A DNA stretch of 49,133 nucleotides, taken from Chlamydiota bacterium (lineage in GTDB: Bacteria; Chlamydiota; Chlamydiia; Chlamydiales; SM23-39). Each line of letters starts with the position of its first letter. Positions within the stretch are counted from its first letter, which is position 1. This document shows positions 30,447-38,962 of the stretch, piece after piece. The position numbers were made by a program, and so were the translations under genes. Where the stretch lies: assembly GCA_050049995.1 (NCBI GenBank), contig JASFVE010000003.1:1-49133 (forward strand), in the 5' to 3' direction. The notes beneath the pieces were generated by a model. It worked only from the letters and a program-made list of their open reading frames with translations, did no database searches and was not told where the DNA came from.

Positions 30447-31979
30447 ATGACATCAAAAGCTTGCTTCTTTTTCATAATGGTTTTGATTATTAAAGCCTAT
30501 CCTCAAATTAATTGGTCTTCTCCTGTGGATCTTTCTGCTCCAGGGCAAAATGCAGCAGTACCGCAAGTAGCCGTTTCCCCTAATGGAACTGCAGCTGCGG
30601 TTTGGCAAAGATCCAATGGTAGCAACACTATCGTTCAAGCTTCTACTTTTGATGGCAGCTCTTGGTCTTCTTCTGTAGACCTTTCAGCACCAGGTCAAAA
30701 TGGTACAGACCCTCAAGTAGGTATAGATTCCAGTGGACAGGCTATTGCTATTTGGCATAGGTCTAATGGTTTAAATGCTATTATCCAAACTTCCATTTTC
30801 AATGGAGTGAGCTGGTCAGTGCCAGAAGACATTTCCCTTCCTGGAAACAATGCTTCTAATGCCCAAATTGCAGTTGACCCAACCGGAAATGCTATGGCTG
30901 TATGGCAGAGATCAAATGGAGTGAATTTTATCATTCAAGCCTCTTATTACAATGGATCTACCTGGTCGACTCCAGCTGATGTATCTCTTCCTGGGGCTAA
31001 TGCGTTTGATGCCCAGGTCGGCGTTGATAATACTGGAAAAGCTGCGGCTGTATGGAGAAGATTTGATGGAACCAGTTTTGTGATTCAAGGAGCTGTCTAT
31101 AATGGCAGCACATGGCTTACACCCGAGACCCTTTCTGCTACTGGACAAACTTCTTCAGCTCCTCAAGTGGCTGTTGGTCCTAGTGGTAACGCTGTTGCTG
31201 TCTGGATCAGATCTGACGGATCTAACTTTATAGTACAATCCTCGCATTATAATGGGGTTACTTGGTCTGCAGCAGAAAATGTATCAGCGTCAGGTATCAG
31301 CTCCTTTTCTCCCCAAGTAGGCATAGATGCCAATAATAATGCGATTGCTATTTGGCAAAGTGCTAGCGGGATTGCTCAAGTAGCTACCTTTGATGGATCT
31401 AGCTGGTCTTCCGTTGAAGACATTTCTGAACCAGGACTTTCTGCTTTTGTTCCTCAAATTGCAGTTAATGCAGATGGTACAGCTGTTGCCGTTTGGAGAA
31501 GATCTGATGGAGTAAATACTCTTATACAAACAGCATTTTACTATAACTCGACTTGGTCTACACCTGTTGATATCTCCGAGCCGGGACAAAATGCATCTAT
31601 TCCTCAAGTAGGAATTGACACAAGTGGCAATCCAGTTGTAGTTTGGAGAAGATCCGATGGATCCAACAATATTATTCAGGCTGCTTATGGAATATTTTTA
31701 CCTGCAGTGGCTAATCTCAGAGCAAGCCAAAAAAGTCATTTATTTCCCACACAAACTGATCGCATCAATACTGTTACCTGGGTAAATCCAGTCCCTCTAA
31801 ATATCGTTTTATTCAAAGTTGCAAGAGATATTTCTTTTTCTGAAGTACTGACTGAAACAACAGGAACAATTTATGAGGATCACAACAGGTTGCCAAATGT
31901 TTCAGCGACTTACTATGTACTTTCCATAGGAAGAGATGGAAGCGACGGTGGCATTGGCTTTATTACCTTAAACCCTTAA
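30447..31979 (+). CDS. exported repeat protein, probable 8-bladed beta-propeller plus C-terminal FN3-like domain
   Basis: Signal-like N-terminus from ATG 30447; eight ~50-aa repeats W-S-x-P-x-D-[LI]-S-x-P-G...PQ[VI]...G-x-A-x-A-V-W-x-R-S-[ND]-G; C-terminal FPTQTDRINTVTW...YEDHNR...TYYV domain. Confidence 0.82.
   Translation: MTSKACFFFIMVLIIKAYPQINWSSPVDLSAPGQNAAVPQVAVSPNGTAAAVWQRSNGSNTIVQASTFDGSSWSSSVDLSAPGQNGTDPQVGIDSSGQAIAIWHRSNGLNAIIQTSIFNGVSWSVPEDISLPGNNASNAQIAVDPTGNAMAVWQRSNGVNFIIQASYYNGSTWSTPADVSLPGANAFDAQVGVDNTGKAAAVWRRFDGTSFVIQGAVYNGSTWLTPETLSATGQTSSAPQVAVGPSGNAVAVWIRSDGSNFIVQSSHYNGVTWSAAENVSASGISSFSPQVGIDANNNAIAIWQSASGIAQVATFDGSSWSSVEDISEPGLSAFVPQIAVNADGTAVAVWRRSDGVNTLIQTAFYYNSTWSTPVDISEPGQNASIPQVGIDTSGNPVVVWRRSDGSNNIIQAAYGIFLPAVANLRASQKSHLFPTQTDRINTVTWVNPVPLNIVLFKVARDISFSEVLTETTGTIYEDHNRLPNVSATYYVLSIGRDGSDGGIGFITLNP
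30513..31690 (+). repeat. 8 tandem ~150-bp coding repeats
   Basis: Visible in translation (repeat 6 is 47 aa) and in DNA (GATCTTTCTGCTCCAGG / GACCTTTCAGCACCAGG; GTTTGGAGAAGATC twice). Confidence 0.9.
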
Positions 31980-32106
31980 TTCTACATTAAGCTGGATCAG
32001 CGCCTATTTTTGACAACTTGCCTCAAACTTTTTCAATTGGATTAAAGCACTTATAGTGTTGTAAGCAGATGTCATCCACTGAAGAATATGGGAAGATCAC
32101 AGATGT

Positions 32107-32154
32107 ATAATCCGTTGGTCATGGATTCAACTCCTGCTTACTCCATATCTTTAA
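32107..32154 (+). repeat. degenerate copy of tRNA(CAT) 3' half (attR-like)
   Basis: ATAATCCGTTGGTCatGGaTTCAAcTCCTGCTTaCtCCAtATCTTTAA compared with 29506-29553; 7 mismatches in 48 nt, starting inside the anticodon. Confidence 0.88.
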
Positions 32155-32201
32155 GTTTCAAGAGCTTGATTGTGTACTAAAAAGTTTAAAGTTAATCTCT
32201 T

Positions 32202-33176
32202 CTAAGAGGGATTAAATAAATACCTCCCAAAGATACTCATGAATACAAATCTAATCTTTAGACATCCAAGGGTAAATAAGTTATCACAATTAGATTCTAA
32301 CACATTATATTCCCTTCTAAGGTTTGCCAAATGCTGTGTGACTTCTTCCCGAACTGGTGAAGCTCTATCTAAAGTTAGTAACTCCCTAACTTTTTTGTCT
32401 AAACTGGACAAGTAAGTAAAATCCTCACAGCCTTTAACTTCAACATACCTTGAGCCCAAAATTGACATCTTTACTGAAGCATTTCTTGTAATGGATAAAA
32501 AATCTTCAAATGTTTGTATGCACTTCAACAGGGTAGAAACTTTAGTGTGTATCCTCTTTTCAAAAACCCTACAAGTACGCGCAATATGATCAGTAGGATG
32601 CTCAGAAATTTCTACATAGGCTGTTTCTGGTGGGTTATAGGGTGCAAAATTTCTAACACAAGGTATCTCTAAATTTGGGTTTTGCCGATATGCTTGTTCC
32701 CACTCTTCTTTATCTACACCTCTCCCATTTAAAAAAAATCTTTTAACGCTTAAATATTTGTTAACACAGTGGTCAAAAGTAGCATCACCAATAAACTCTA
32801 TATTTTCACTCTCAAATAATTGACTTGTAAACTCTTCAAAATAATCATTTGCATTAAGTCCAATTACTACATGACGGCCATCTGGGTAAATGCATGTACC
32901 TAACGATTGAGATGTTTCTCCATAAATCCTTTCAATTTCTCTTCCTATTAATTTCCCAATTTCTCTAGTAGCTTCCGTCCAAAGAGGCTTTCTCATGATT
33001 AGTTCTTTTACTTTATTTGCAAGATCGTGTTCCTCCAAATGCCCTGAATAGTCTTGAACGGTAACAAAAGGACTTCTATATATGCGACCTTTATGGCCTT
33101 TTGCCGTTTGGGCAATCGTCAAAACATCTTCAAATGTCCTTGCATTGAATAATTCTACTTTAATATCTGTTCCCAT
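32202..33176 (-). CDS. hypothetical protein with two copies of a ~55-aa domain
   Basis: AGGAG RBS; N-terminal TFEDVLTI...FVTVQDYSG...LANKVKELI and C-terminal TFEDFLSI...YVEVKGCED...LDKKVRELL. Confidence 0.75.
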   Translation of the reverse strand: MGTDIKVELFNARTFEDVLTIAQTAKGHKGRIYRSPFVTVQDYSGHLEEHDLANKVKELIMRKPLWTEATREIGKLIGREIERIYGETSQSLGTCIYPDGRHVVIGLNANDYFEEFTSQLFESENIEFIGDATFDHCVNKYLSVKRFFLNGRGVDKEEWEQAYRQNPNLEIPCVRNFAPYNPPETAYVEISEHPTDHIARTCRVFEKRIHTKVSTLLKCIQTFEDFLSITRNASVKMSILGSRYVEVKGCEDFTYLSSLDKKVRELLTLDRASPVREEVTQHLANLRREYNVLESNCDNLFTLGCLKIRFVFMSIFGRYLFNPS

Positions 33177-33284
33177 ATTTTCTCCTATAATAAGCCGACA
33201 TCTCTCGGAGGGTTATCAGCATGATAACTATCTGAATAAGTAAAATAACTAGAAGCTGTGTGTGTCGTAAGCCCTCACTCTTTA

Positions 33285-33528
33285 TCAAAAAGCATTCCTA
33301 ATAAAGTAGGGTTTAAGCGAATATCCACCTCCTCTAAGTTCTTGGCAGCAAAGAAATGTAGGCATTGCTCTTTTGATCACTTCAAATACACGATCTGATC
33401 GCGCCCCACTTATATTTTTCTAAAGAAGCTCCAGCTTCAATACATCTGTTTGGATGAACATTACAGATATTGTAAGTCATTGCATCAAAAGAAATTGAAC
33501 GCACTGTGTTTTTAGAAACTGAACTCAT
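33285..33528 (-). pseudogene. truncated, frameshifted endonuclease/exonuclease/phosphatase (EEP) family gene
   Basis: Manual translation from ATG 33528 gives MSSVSKNTVRSISFDAMTYNICNVHPNRCIEAGASLEKYKWGA; after a frameshift near 33400 it continues SDRVFEVIKRAMPTFLCCQELRGGGYSLKPYFIRNAF*. This matches the EEP TYN...W...QE N-terminal pattern. Confidence 0.7.
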
Positions 33529-33669
33529 TGTACCCACCCTTTACTTAGGAGCTGCTCCTATAGTTGATAAGAAAAATTCTCAATATAAATTTTTATACAG
33601 ATAAAGACAAAGCAATTACAAGTTTTCACCACACTAAAATTGCCTTGAAAATCAGAAACTATATCTCGT

Positions 33670-35295
33670 ATGATAAAACGCTATTTTTTCAATATTATGC
33701 GAATTTTATTTTTATTATTATTTTTATTTATTAGTACCCCGGAAACTAAAGAAACATTAAATAGGCCAACCCTTGCTTATAAAGCACGACTGCCACAGTT
33801 GCCACCTCAAAGCAAAGACTACATCAACATCGCCAATTACAATGCTAGAACGAGCTTTTTAGACAAAGGAACACCTAATTCCTGGGAAAACCGCAAAGAA
33901 TATTACCTTAAAACCTTAAAAATTCATGATGAAAGTTATATGCTCTTAGAGCACATGCAAACAAAACTACGAAATTCATTAAATAAATATCTTACGGCCA
34001 GCTCTACTTCACTCCAAACTAAGAAAAACTGCATCACCTGTGAGTACGAAAACAAAGAAGCTTTTCCTGTTTTTGAAACCGAATTTTTTAGAATAGCTTT
34101 GAAAACAGTGTCTTCTGATGAAAAAGGTTTTATTTACGGAAACTTCCCTTATCCTTATCGCTTAATAATTGCACTCAAACGACACGCTTCACAACCTTCT
34201 GAACAAGAATGGTTAGAACTAAGGATAATCTTACAGACTCTTGAAAGGCATGTTAAAAAAGATTTGGGAGCTGACTATACCTCTTATGCTTCTCTTCAGG
34301 ATAATTTTTATAAGAATAAAAAAGATGCTAAACCTATTCCAAAAACTCCTCACTATTTTATTCATTTTATTTTTAGGTTTACGAAAACAATTGAGATAAA
34401 CGGCATCCCCTTTAAAGATCCCAATCCTTTTGATCAGTTCAACTTGCATTTTTCAAATCTGATATCAGAAGAAAAAATAAAATCATATTCAAATTTCATC
34501 TACAAAAGACAGCCTGATATTATCAACATACAAGAATTGACCATCGACCAAACTAATTTTCTTAAAAATAAACTAAAAAAACACAAATTTATTTCTTATG
34601 CTGCTGCAGATGGAAAGCTTTTCGACCAAATAACATCAGATGATTACTATCATGAAATTCTTTCTATAAGTTATCGATCGGATCGCTTTGAATGTTTAGA
34701 CCATGGTGTTCGTTGGATTTCTGCTACACCTGACAAGCCATCAATAGGATATGGGGCCTCAAGACAACGAATTATTATCTGGGGAAAGTTTAAAGATAAG
34801 AGATCAGGCAAATTTTTCTATATTTTCAACGCTCACTACGACCATCTAGGTGGAAATACTAAATATGTAGATTCAGAAATACTAACGATCAAAAAAATAG
34901 CAAAGGACTGCCTTTGGTTTTCTGCTGGAGAACGCTTCTATAAGAGCCAGAATGGCGAGAATTTATACCGGCATTACTTAACTTCCATTGAATGTAACGA
35001 TGTACGAGACATTAGTCTACTCGGACATTTTGGTGAATCTGGTAGTTGGGGAGGATTTCCTAAGGATCAATTTGCATGCTCAGTAAAAGGTGGAAATTTT
35101 GAGTGCGATACTTTAGATGTTTGCTTTACTAATGCAAAAAAAAATCAGATTTTGCTTACTTATTCATTTAGTGGAGCCTATAACCCTAAACAAAAAGAGT
35201 TATATAGTTTTCACAGCTTTATCAATGATCCTTATCAACTTGCTTCAGACCATTTTATGATAGGATTTTATCTGATCTTAAATGAAAATGATTAG
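33670..35295 (+). CDS. EEP-family phosphoesterase with inserted HIT-like domain, N-terminal signal/anchor
   Basis: EEP motifs IANYNAR...SWENRK, PDIINIQE, FNAHYDH, LDVCF, ASDHF. Insert at aa ~121-258 has CITC, RLIIALKRH, PHYFIHFIFRF...FKDP. Start may be ATG 33697. Confidence 0.8.
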   Translation: MIKRYFFNIMRILFLLLFLFISTPETKETLNRPTLAYKARLPQLPPQSKDYINIANYNARTSFLDKGTPNSWENRKEYYLKTLKIHDESYMLLEHMQTKLRNSLNKYLTASSTSLQTKKNCITCEYENKEAFPVFETEFFRIALKTVSSDEKGFIYGNFPYPYRLIIALKRHASQPSEQEWLELRIILQTLERHVKKDLGADYTSYASLQDNFYKNKKDAKPIPKTPHYFIHFIFRFTKTIEINGIPFKDPNPFDQFNLHFSNLISEEKIKSYSNFIYKRQPDIINIQELTIDQTNFLKNKLKKHKFISYAAADGKLFDQITSDDYYHEILSISYRSDRFECLDHGVRWISATPDKPSIGYGASRQRIIIWGKFKDKRSGKFFYIFNAHYDHLGGNTKYVDSEILTIKKIAKDCLWFSAGERFYKSQNGENLYRHYLTSIECNDVRDISLLGHFGESGSWGGFPKDQFACSVKGGNFECDTLDVCFTNAKKNQILLTYSFSGAYNPKQKELYSFHSFINDPYQLASDHFMIGFYLILNEND

Positions 35296-35345
35296 TCTCA
35301 CTTTATTCAAGATCTTAATGCTTAACTTTATTTATGGTTAAAAAT

Positions 35346-37841
35346 TTAGTTAGAATGATTTTTATGCATCTTTTTTATGAACTTAAGGAATTTTTGATGA
35401 TGTGAGCTTTCAAAGTTTAAATGCTTGTAGAAAAGGATTTTTACAAAATCAGCTATAAACATCCAAATAATTGTATATCCCCAAATAAGTCCAATATAAG
35501 CCCAGGGTATTGGTGTCATAAATATGCCTATACCAACTAGTAAAGCAGCAATTAACTGTGTCGTTAAAATAGCACTCAATAAAATTAAAGAAGGAAAAGG
35601 CCTGAAGAAAAATGGTTTTTTGGATCTTGCAAGAAAAAGCGTTTGATGTCCCGCCACAGATAATTTAAGAAAAATAAAAGATTGAATCTGATTTACATCT
35701 AGTTGAAGTATGTCTTTTGCAATATACAATAAAAGAAAAGTAGAAATTATGCCTACAATCCCCAGAGCTGTTGAAATTGTAAGCACTCGCTTCATCTGCC
35801 AACGAACAGGTTTTGGATCGATAGCAGTATTATCATATGCTATAGAAAGCATCGGAATGTCATTTAATATCGCAAGCAAGAGAATCATAATGGCCGATAT
35901 CGGATAAAAATCGAAAACAATGATCGAAATAGTAATAAAAAACATGATTCTTATAGTCTCTGCAATACGATAAATTGAGTAACTATTCATCCTTTCAAAT
36001 ATTCTTCTCGATTCTTCAATAGCTTTAATAATAACGGATAGTCCAGGAATCAAAGAAACCATGGAAGCTGCGGATCTTGCTGCATCAGTTGCGCCACTTA
36101 CTGCAATACCTACATCAGCCTGTTTTAATGCAGGAGAGTCATTTACGCCATCACCAGTCATACCTACAATGTGTTTATCTTTTTGAAGAGCTTTAACAAT
36201 ATCATATTTATGCTCTGGAAAAACTTCTGCAAAGCCATTCATACTTACTATTTTTTTTATAAATGCTTCAGAGTCGACATTTGTATCTTTTGTAATTAAT
36301 TCATCGGCAACGCATAAATTGTCGCCTAAGTTAAGTTTATGTGAAATTTCTCTAGCTATGGCAATATTATCGCCAGTTAACATTTTAATTTTGATGCCAT
36401 GTTCTTTAGCCAAATTAACTGTTTCTATTGAGTCTTCTCTCAAAGGATCAAATAAAGGTAAAATCCCCAAAAACTTCCATGTCTTTTTATCTTTTGAGAT
36501 AGCAATTCCCAATGTGCGATGTCCCTTTTTAGCATAATCATCAATGCTTTTATTTATTTGATTTTCCAAAGAGGATTCTACACTGCAGAGCTTCAAAATT
36601 ATTTGAGGAGCTCCTTTAGAAACATGAAAAGTTTTACCTTCGGCATCTTTTATTTTTGCTTCAGACCTTTTTTTTACCGGGTCAAAAGGATAAAATTCTT
36701 CTTGTTGATACTTTTCTAGCTCATCTTTATTGCTTAATGCTTTTATGATAGCCAAATCTATAGGGTCTTGATTTTCTTCTTTTGAAGCTAAAGCCCCATA
36801 TAAAATCAGAGTATTTTTATCGATATCGGCAAAAATTAGAGGTTCATCAAGTGTTAATTTATTTTGTGTCAAAGTTCCAGTCTTGTCACAGCAAAGAACA
36901 TCAATACCTGCAATTTCTTCGATTGATTCTAATTTAGTTACAACTGTTTTCATTTTAGATAATTTTAGAGCTCCTAAAGCCATAGTAACAGAAAGTACCG
37001 CTGGAAGAGCGACTGGAATAGAAGCTACAATAAGAATTAAAACATACTGAAAAAGGGTTAAGAATGGGGTATGCTTAAAAAGCTGCACAATAATTAATAT
37101 CGAAGACAAAGCAATACTCATATAAATGAGAAAATCGCCAATTTTTAAAACAGCCTTTTGAAAATGTGAAACTGGATGAGCTGTTTCTACTAATTTAGTT
37201 GTTTTTCCAAAAAAAGTATTTTTACCAGTAGCTGTTACAACTGCAACCATTTCACCTTGATTGGCAATCGATCCCGAATAAATGATCTCCCCTGATTTTT
37301 TTGTTACAGGTAGAGACTCTCCTGTAAGAGTCGATTGATCTACCAAAAGATAATCACCTTCTAATAACTTGGCATCTGCAGGAATAATATTACCAAGTCT
37401 CAATTTGATAATATCTCCGGGTACTAGCTTTTTAGTTTCTAGCTGGACCCATTTACCGTCCCGTTTTGCAATACATGTTAAAGATAACTCTTTTTTTAAT
37501 GCTTTTATTGCATTACCAGCCTGGAACTCCTCCCAAAAAGAAACGCCCCCATTGACTACTAGCAAAGAAAAAATAATATAAAAATCAACATAATGACCAA
37601 TGATTAAAGATAAAATTGCTGCAGCTTCTATCATCCATGGAATAGGGCCCCAAAAATAACTCAATACTTTCAAAAAAAGAGATTGTTTCTTTTCTTCAAT
37701 GCTATTAGATCCGCATTTCTTCAATCTTGAGTCAGCATCTGAACTTTTTAAACCTTCCTTAGATGTTTTAAGTGACTTTAAAATAGCGTCTACATTGCTT
37801 TTTTCAGCTTCTTTTGCATCTATAAAACAAATATCATCCAT
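35346..37841 (-). CDS. plasma-membrane proton-efflux P-type ATPase (P3A, H+-ATPase)
   Basis: FWGPIPWMIEAAA, DQSTLTGES, IPVALPAVLSVTMA, CCDKTGTLTQN, KGAPQ, MLTGD, GDGVNDSPALK, YRIAETIR and AILND (TM6 proton-acceptor Asp). Confidence 0.93.
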   Translation of the reverse strand: MDDICFIDAKEAEKSNVDAILKSLKTSKEGLKSSDADSRLKKCGSNSIEEKKQSLFLKVLSYFWGPIPWMIEAAAILSLIIGHYVDFYIIFSLLVVNGGVSFWEEFQAGNAIKALKKELSLTCIAKRDGKWVQLETKKLVPGDIIKLRLGNIIPADAKLLEGDYLLVDQSTLTGESLPVTKKSGEIIYSGSIANQGEMVAVVTATGKNTFFGKTTKLVETAHPVSHFQKAVLKIGDFLIYMSIALSSILIIVQLFKHTPFLTLFQYVLILIVASIPVALPAVLSVTMALGALKLSKMKTVVTKLESIEEIAGIDVLCCDKTGTLTQNKLTLDEPLIFADIDKNTLILYGALASKEENQDPIDLAIIKALSNKDELEKYQQEEFYPFDPVKKRSEAKIKDAEGKTFHVSKGAPQIILKLCSVESSLENQINKSIDDYAKKGHRTLGIAISKDKKTWKFLGILPLFDPLREDSIETVNLAKEHGIKIKMLTGDNIAIAREISHKLNLGDNLCVADELITKDTNVDSEAFIKKIVSMNGFAEVFPEHKYDIVKALQKDKHIVGMTGDGVNDSPALKQADVGIAVSGATDAARSAASMVSLIPGLSVIIKAIEESRRIFERMNSYSIYRIAETIRIMFFITISIIVFDFYPISAIMILLLAILNDIPMLSIAYDNTAIDPKPVRWQMKRVLTISTALGIVGIISTFLLLYIAKDILQLDVNQIQSFIFLKLSVAGHQTLFLARSKKPFFFRPFPSLILLSAILTTQLIAALLVGIGIFMTPIPWAYIGLIWGYTIIWMFIADFVKILFYKHLNFESSHHQKFLKFIKKMHKNHSN

Positions 37842-38165
37842 AATTTGCTTATATCATTAACAAGCAAAAAATCAATTAGCCGAATTCAAAATAGCTCTAA
37901 AGACTGAAAAGCTTATCCTATTTCTTAGCTTCTGCTTCAAGGCAAAGTCACAATGAAATCAACTTTCTCGCTTCGTCTACTGGAAGAATTTCTTGCATAT
38001 TCATCGCCTTTCAATGAATCTTCTACCTCTGAGGTCATAAAATTTAGGATCTTACAAAATCAAATAAAAATTAGTATAATTACTAAGCCACAAAACAATA
38101 ATTTATTGTAAAAATTCCTTCTTAATGTTGATAATATTTCAAAATTTAATAAAAAAAATTTACCA

Positions 38166-38882
38166 ATGAATGCTTTAAATATTGCTCTTACTAATAAATT
38201 TGTAACTTCTTCCTTATGCTTTGCAGGTGGTTATTCACTTAATAGTATTTCTTTGTCAATTAATAGATTGGCTGTTAAATATTTAAAGCTACCAATCGAC
38301 ATACACAATCACCAAGAATATGATGAATACACCAATAATTGCGTTGAAGCTAATAGGCGAGTAGCTAATTTACTAGGCATTGGATTAAATAGACAACTAG
38401 GGACTGCTCTAAGTGATTTCACTATATTCGGAATCCGCGAAGAAATTTCATATCGTTTTCTTTTAGAAAAGATTGTATTACCACATATTTTTCCTCAGTT
38501 TGCTGTCTTTTCATTTGCCAGAACTTGCGTTTCTAGCTTGTTTTTTGCTGCAGCACACTTACAAAATGATGCTCCCAGTGAACCGTTAGCTGGACAATTT
38601 TTTCACACAGCTATTTTAGGTATGGTATGTTCATTAGCCCTAGAAAGAATAGGCCTAGTGGGCTCAGTATTTGTTCATATAGGTTTTAACTTATATGCAT
38701 GGCAGCACATGCTTAATGAGAACCTTACAGGTGTAGTAGAAAAAATAAAAGCAATCCATTTAGTAGATGTCATTAACCCTGCCAAGTTTCTTATGCTTTT
38801 AGGTGGTTTTATTGGTGATGCTACCTTTCCTGCCACTCTGGCGTATCGAGCTACCAAAAAGATAGCAAGTTCTTTTGCTTAA
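38166..38882 (+). CDS. CPBP (CAAX/Abi) intramembrane glutamic endopeptidase
   Basis: Motifs EEISYR (EExxxR), FAAAH (FxxxH) and HIGFN (HxxxN) within hydrophobic helices. Confidence 0.82.
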   Translation: MNALNIALTNKFVTSSLCFAGGYSLNSISLSINRLAVKYLKLPIDIHNHQEYDEYTNNCVEANRRVANLLGIGLNRQLGTALSDFTIFGIREEISYRFLLEKIVLPHIFPQFAVFSFARTCVSSLFFAAAHLQNDAPSEPLAGQFFHTAILGMVCSLALERIGLVGSVFVHIGFNLYAWQHMLNENLTGVVEKIKAIHLVDVINPAKFLMLLGGFIGDATFPATLAYRATKKIASSFA

Positions 38883-38962
38883 AAGCAAAAAACTACTAAA
38901 AAAAGTTTTACTTAATAGGAAACGTTGTACTAAATTACTAGCTCTTCAAAAGGAGATATGAA

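Noticed and set aside
30513-31690. Periodic DNA repeats as a possible CRISPR array or ncRNA array
   Set aside because: The repeats are degenerate, in-frame, ~150-bp coding units with no repeat-spacer structure; no cas genes occur in the window.
37842-38165. Intergenic stretch with short minus-strand frames (MTSEVEDSLKGDEY...; MQEILPVDEARKLISL*)
   Set aside because: Too short and no recognisable family; it may be a gene remnant but that cannot be supported from the sequence alone.
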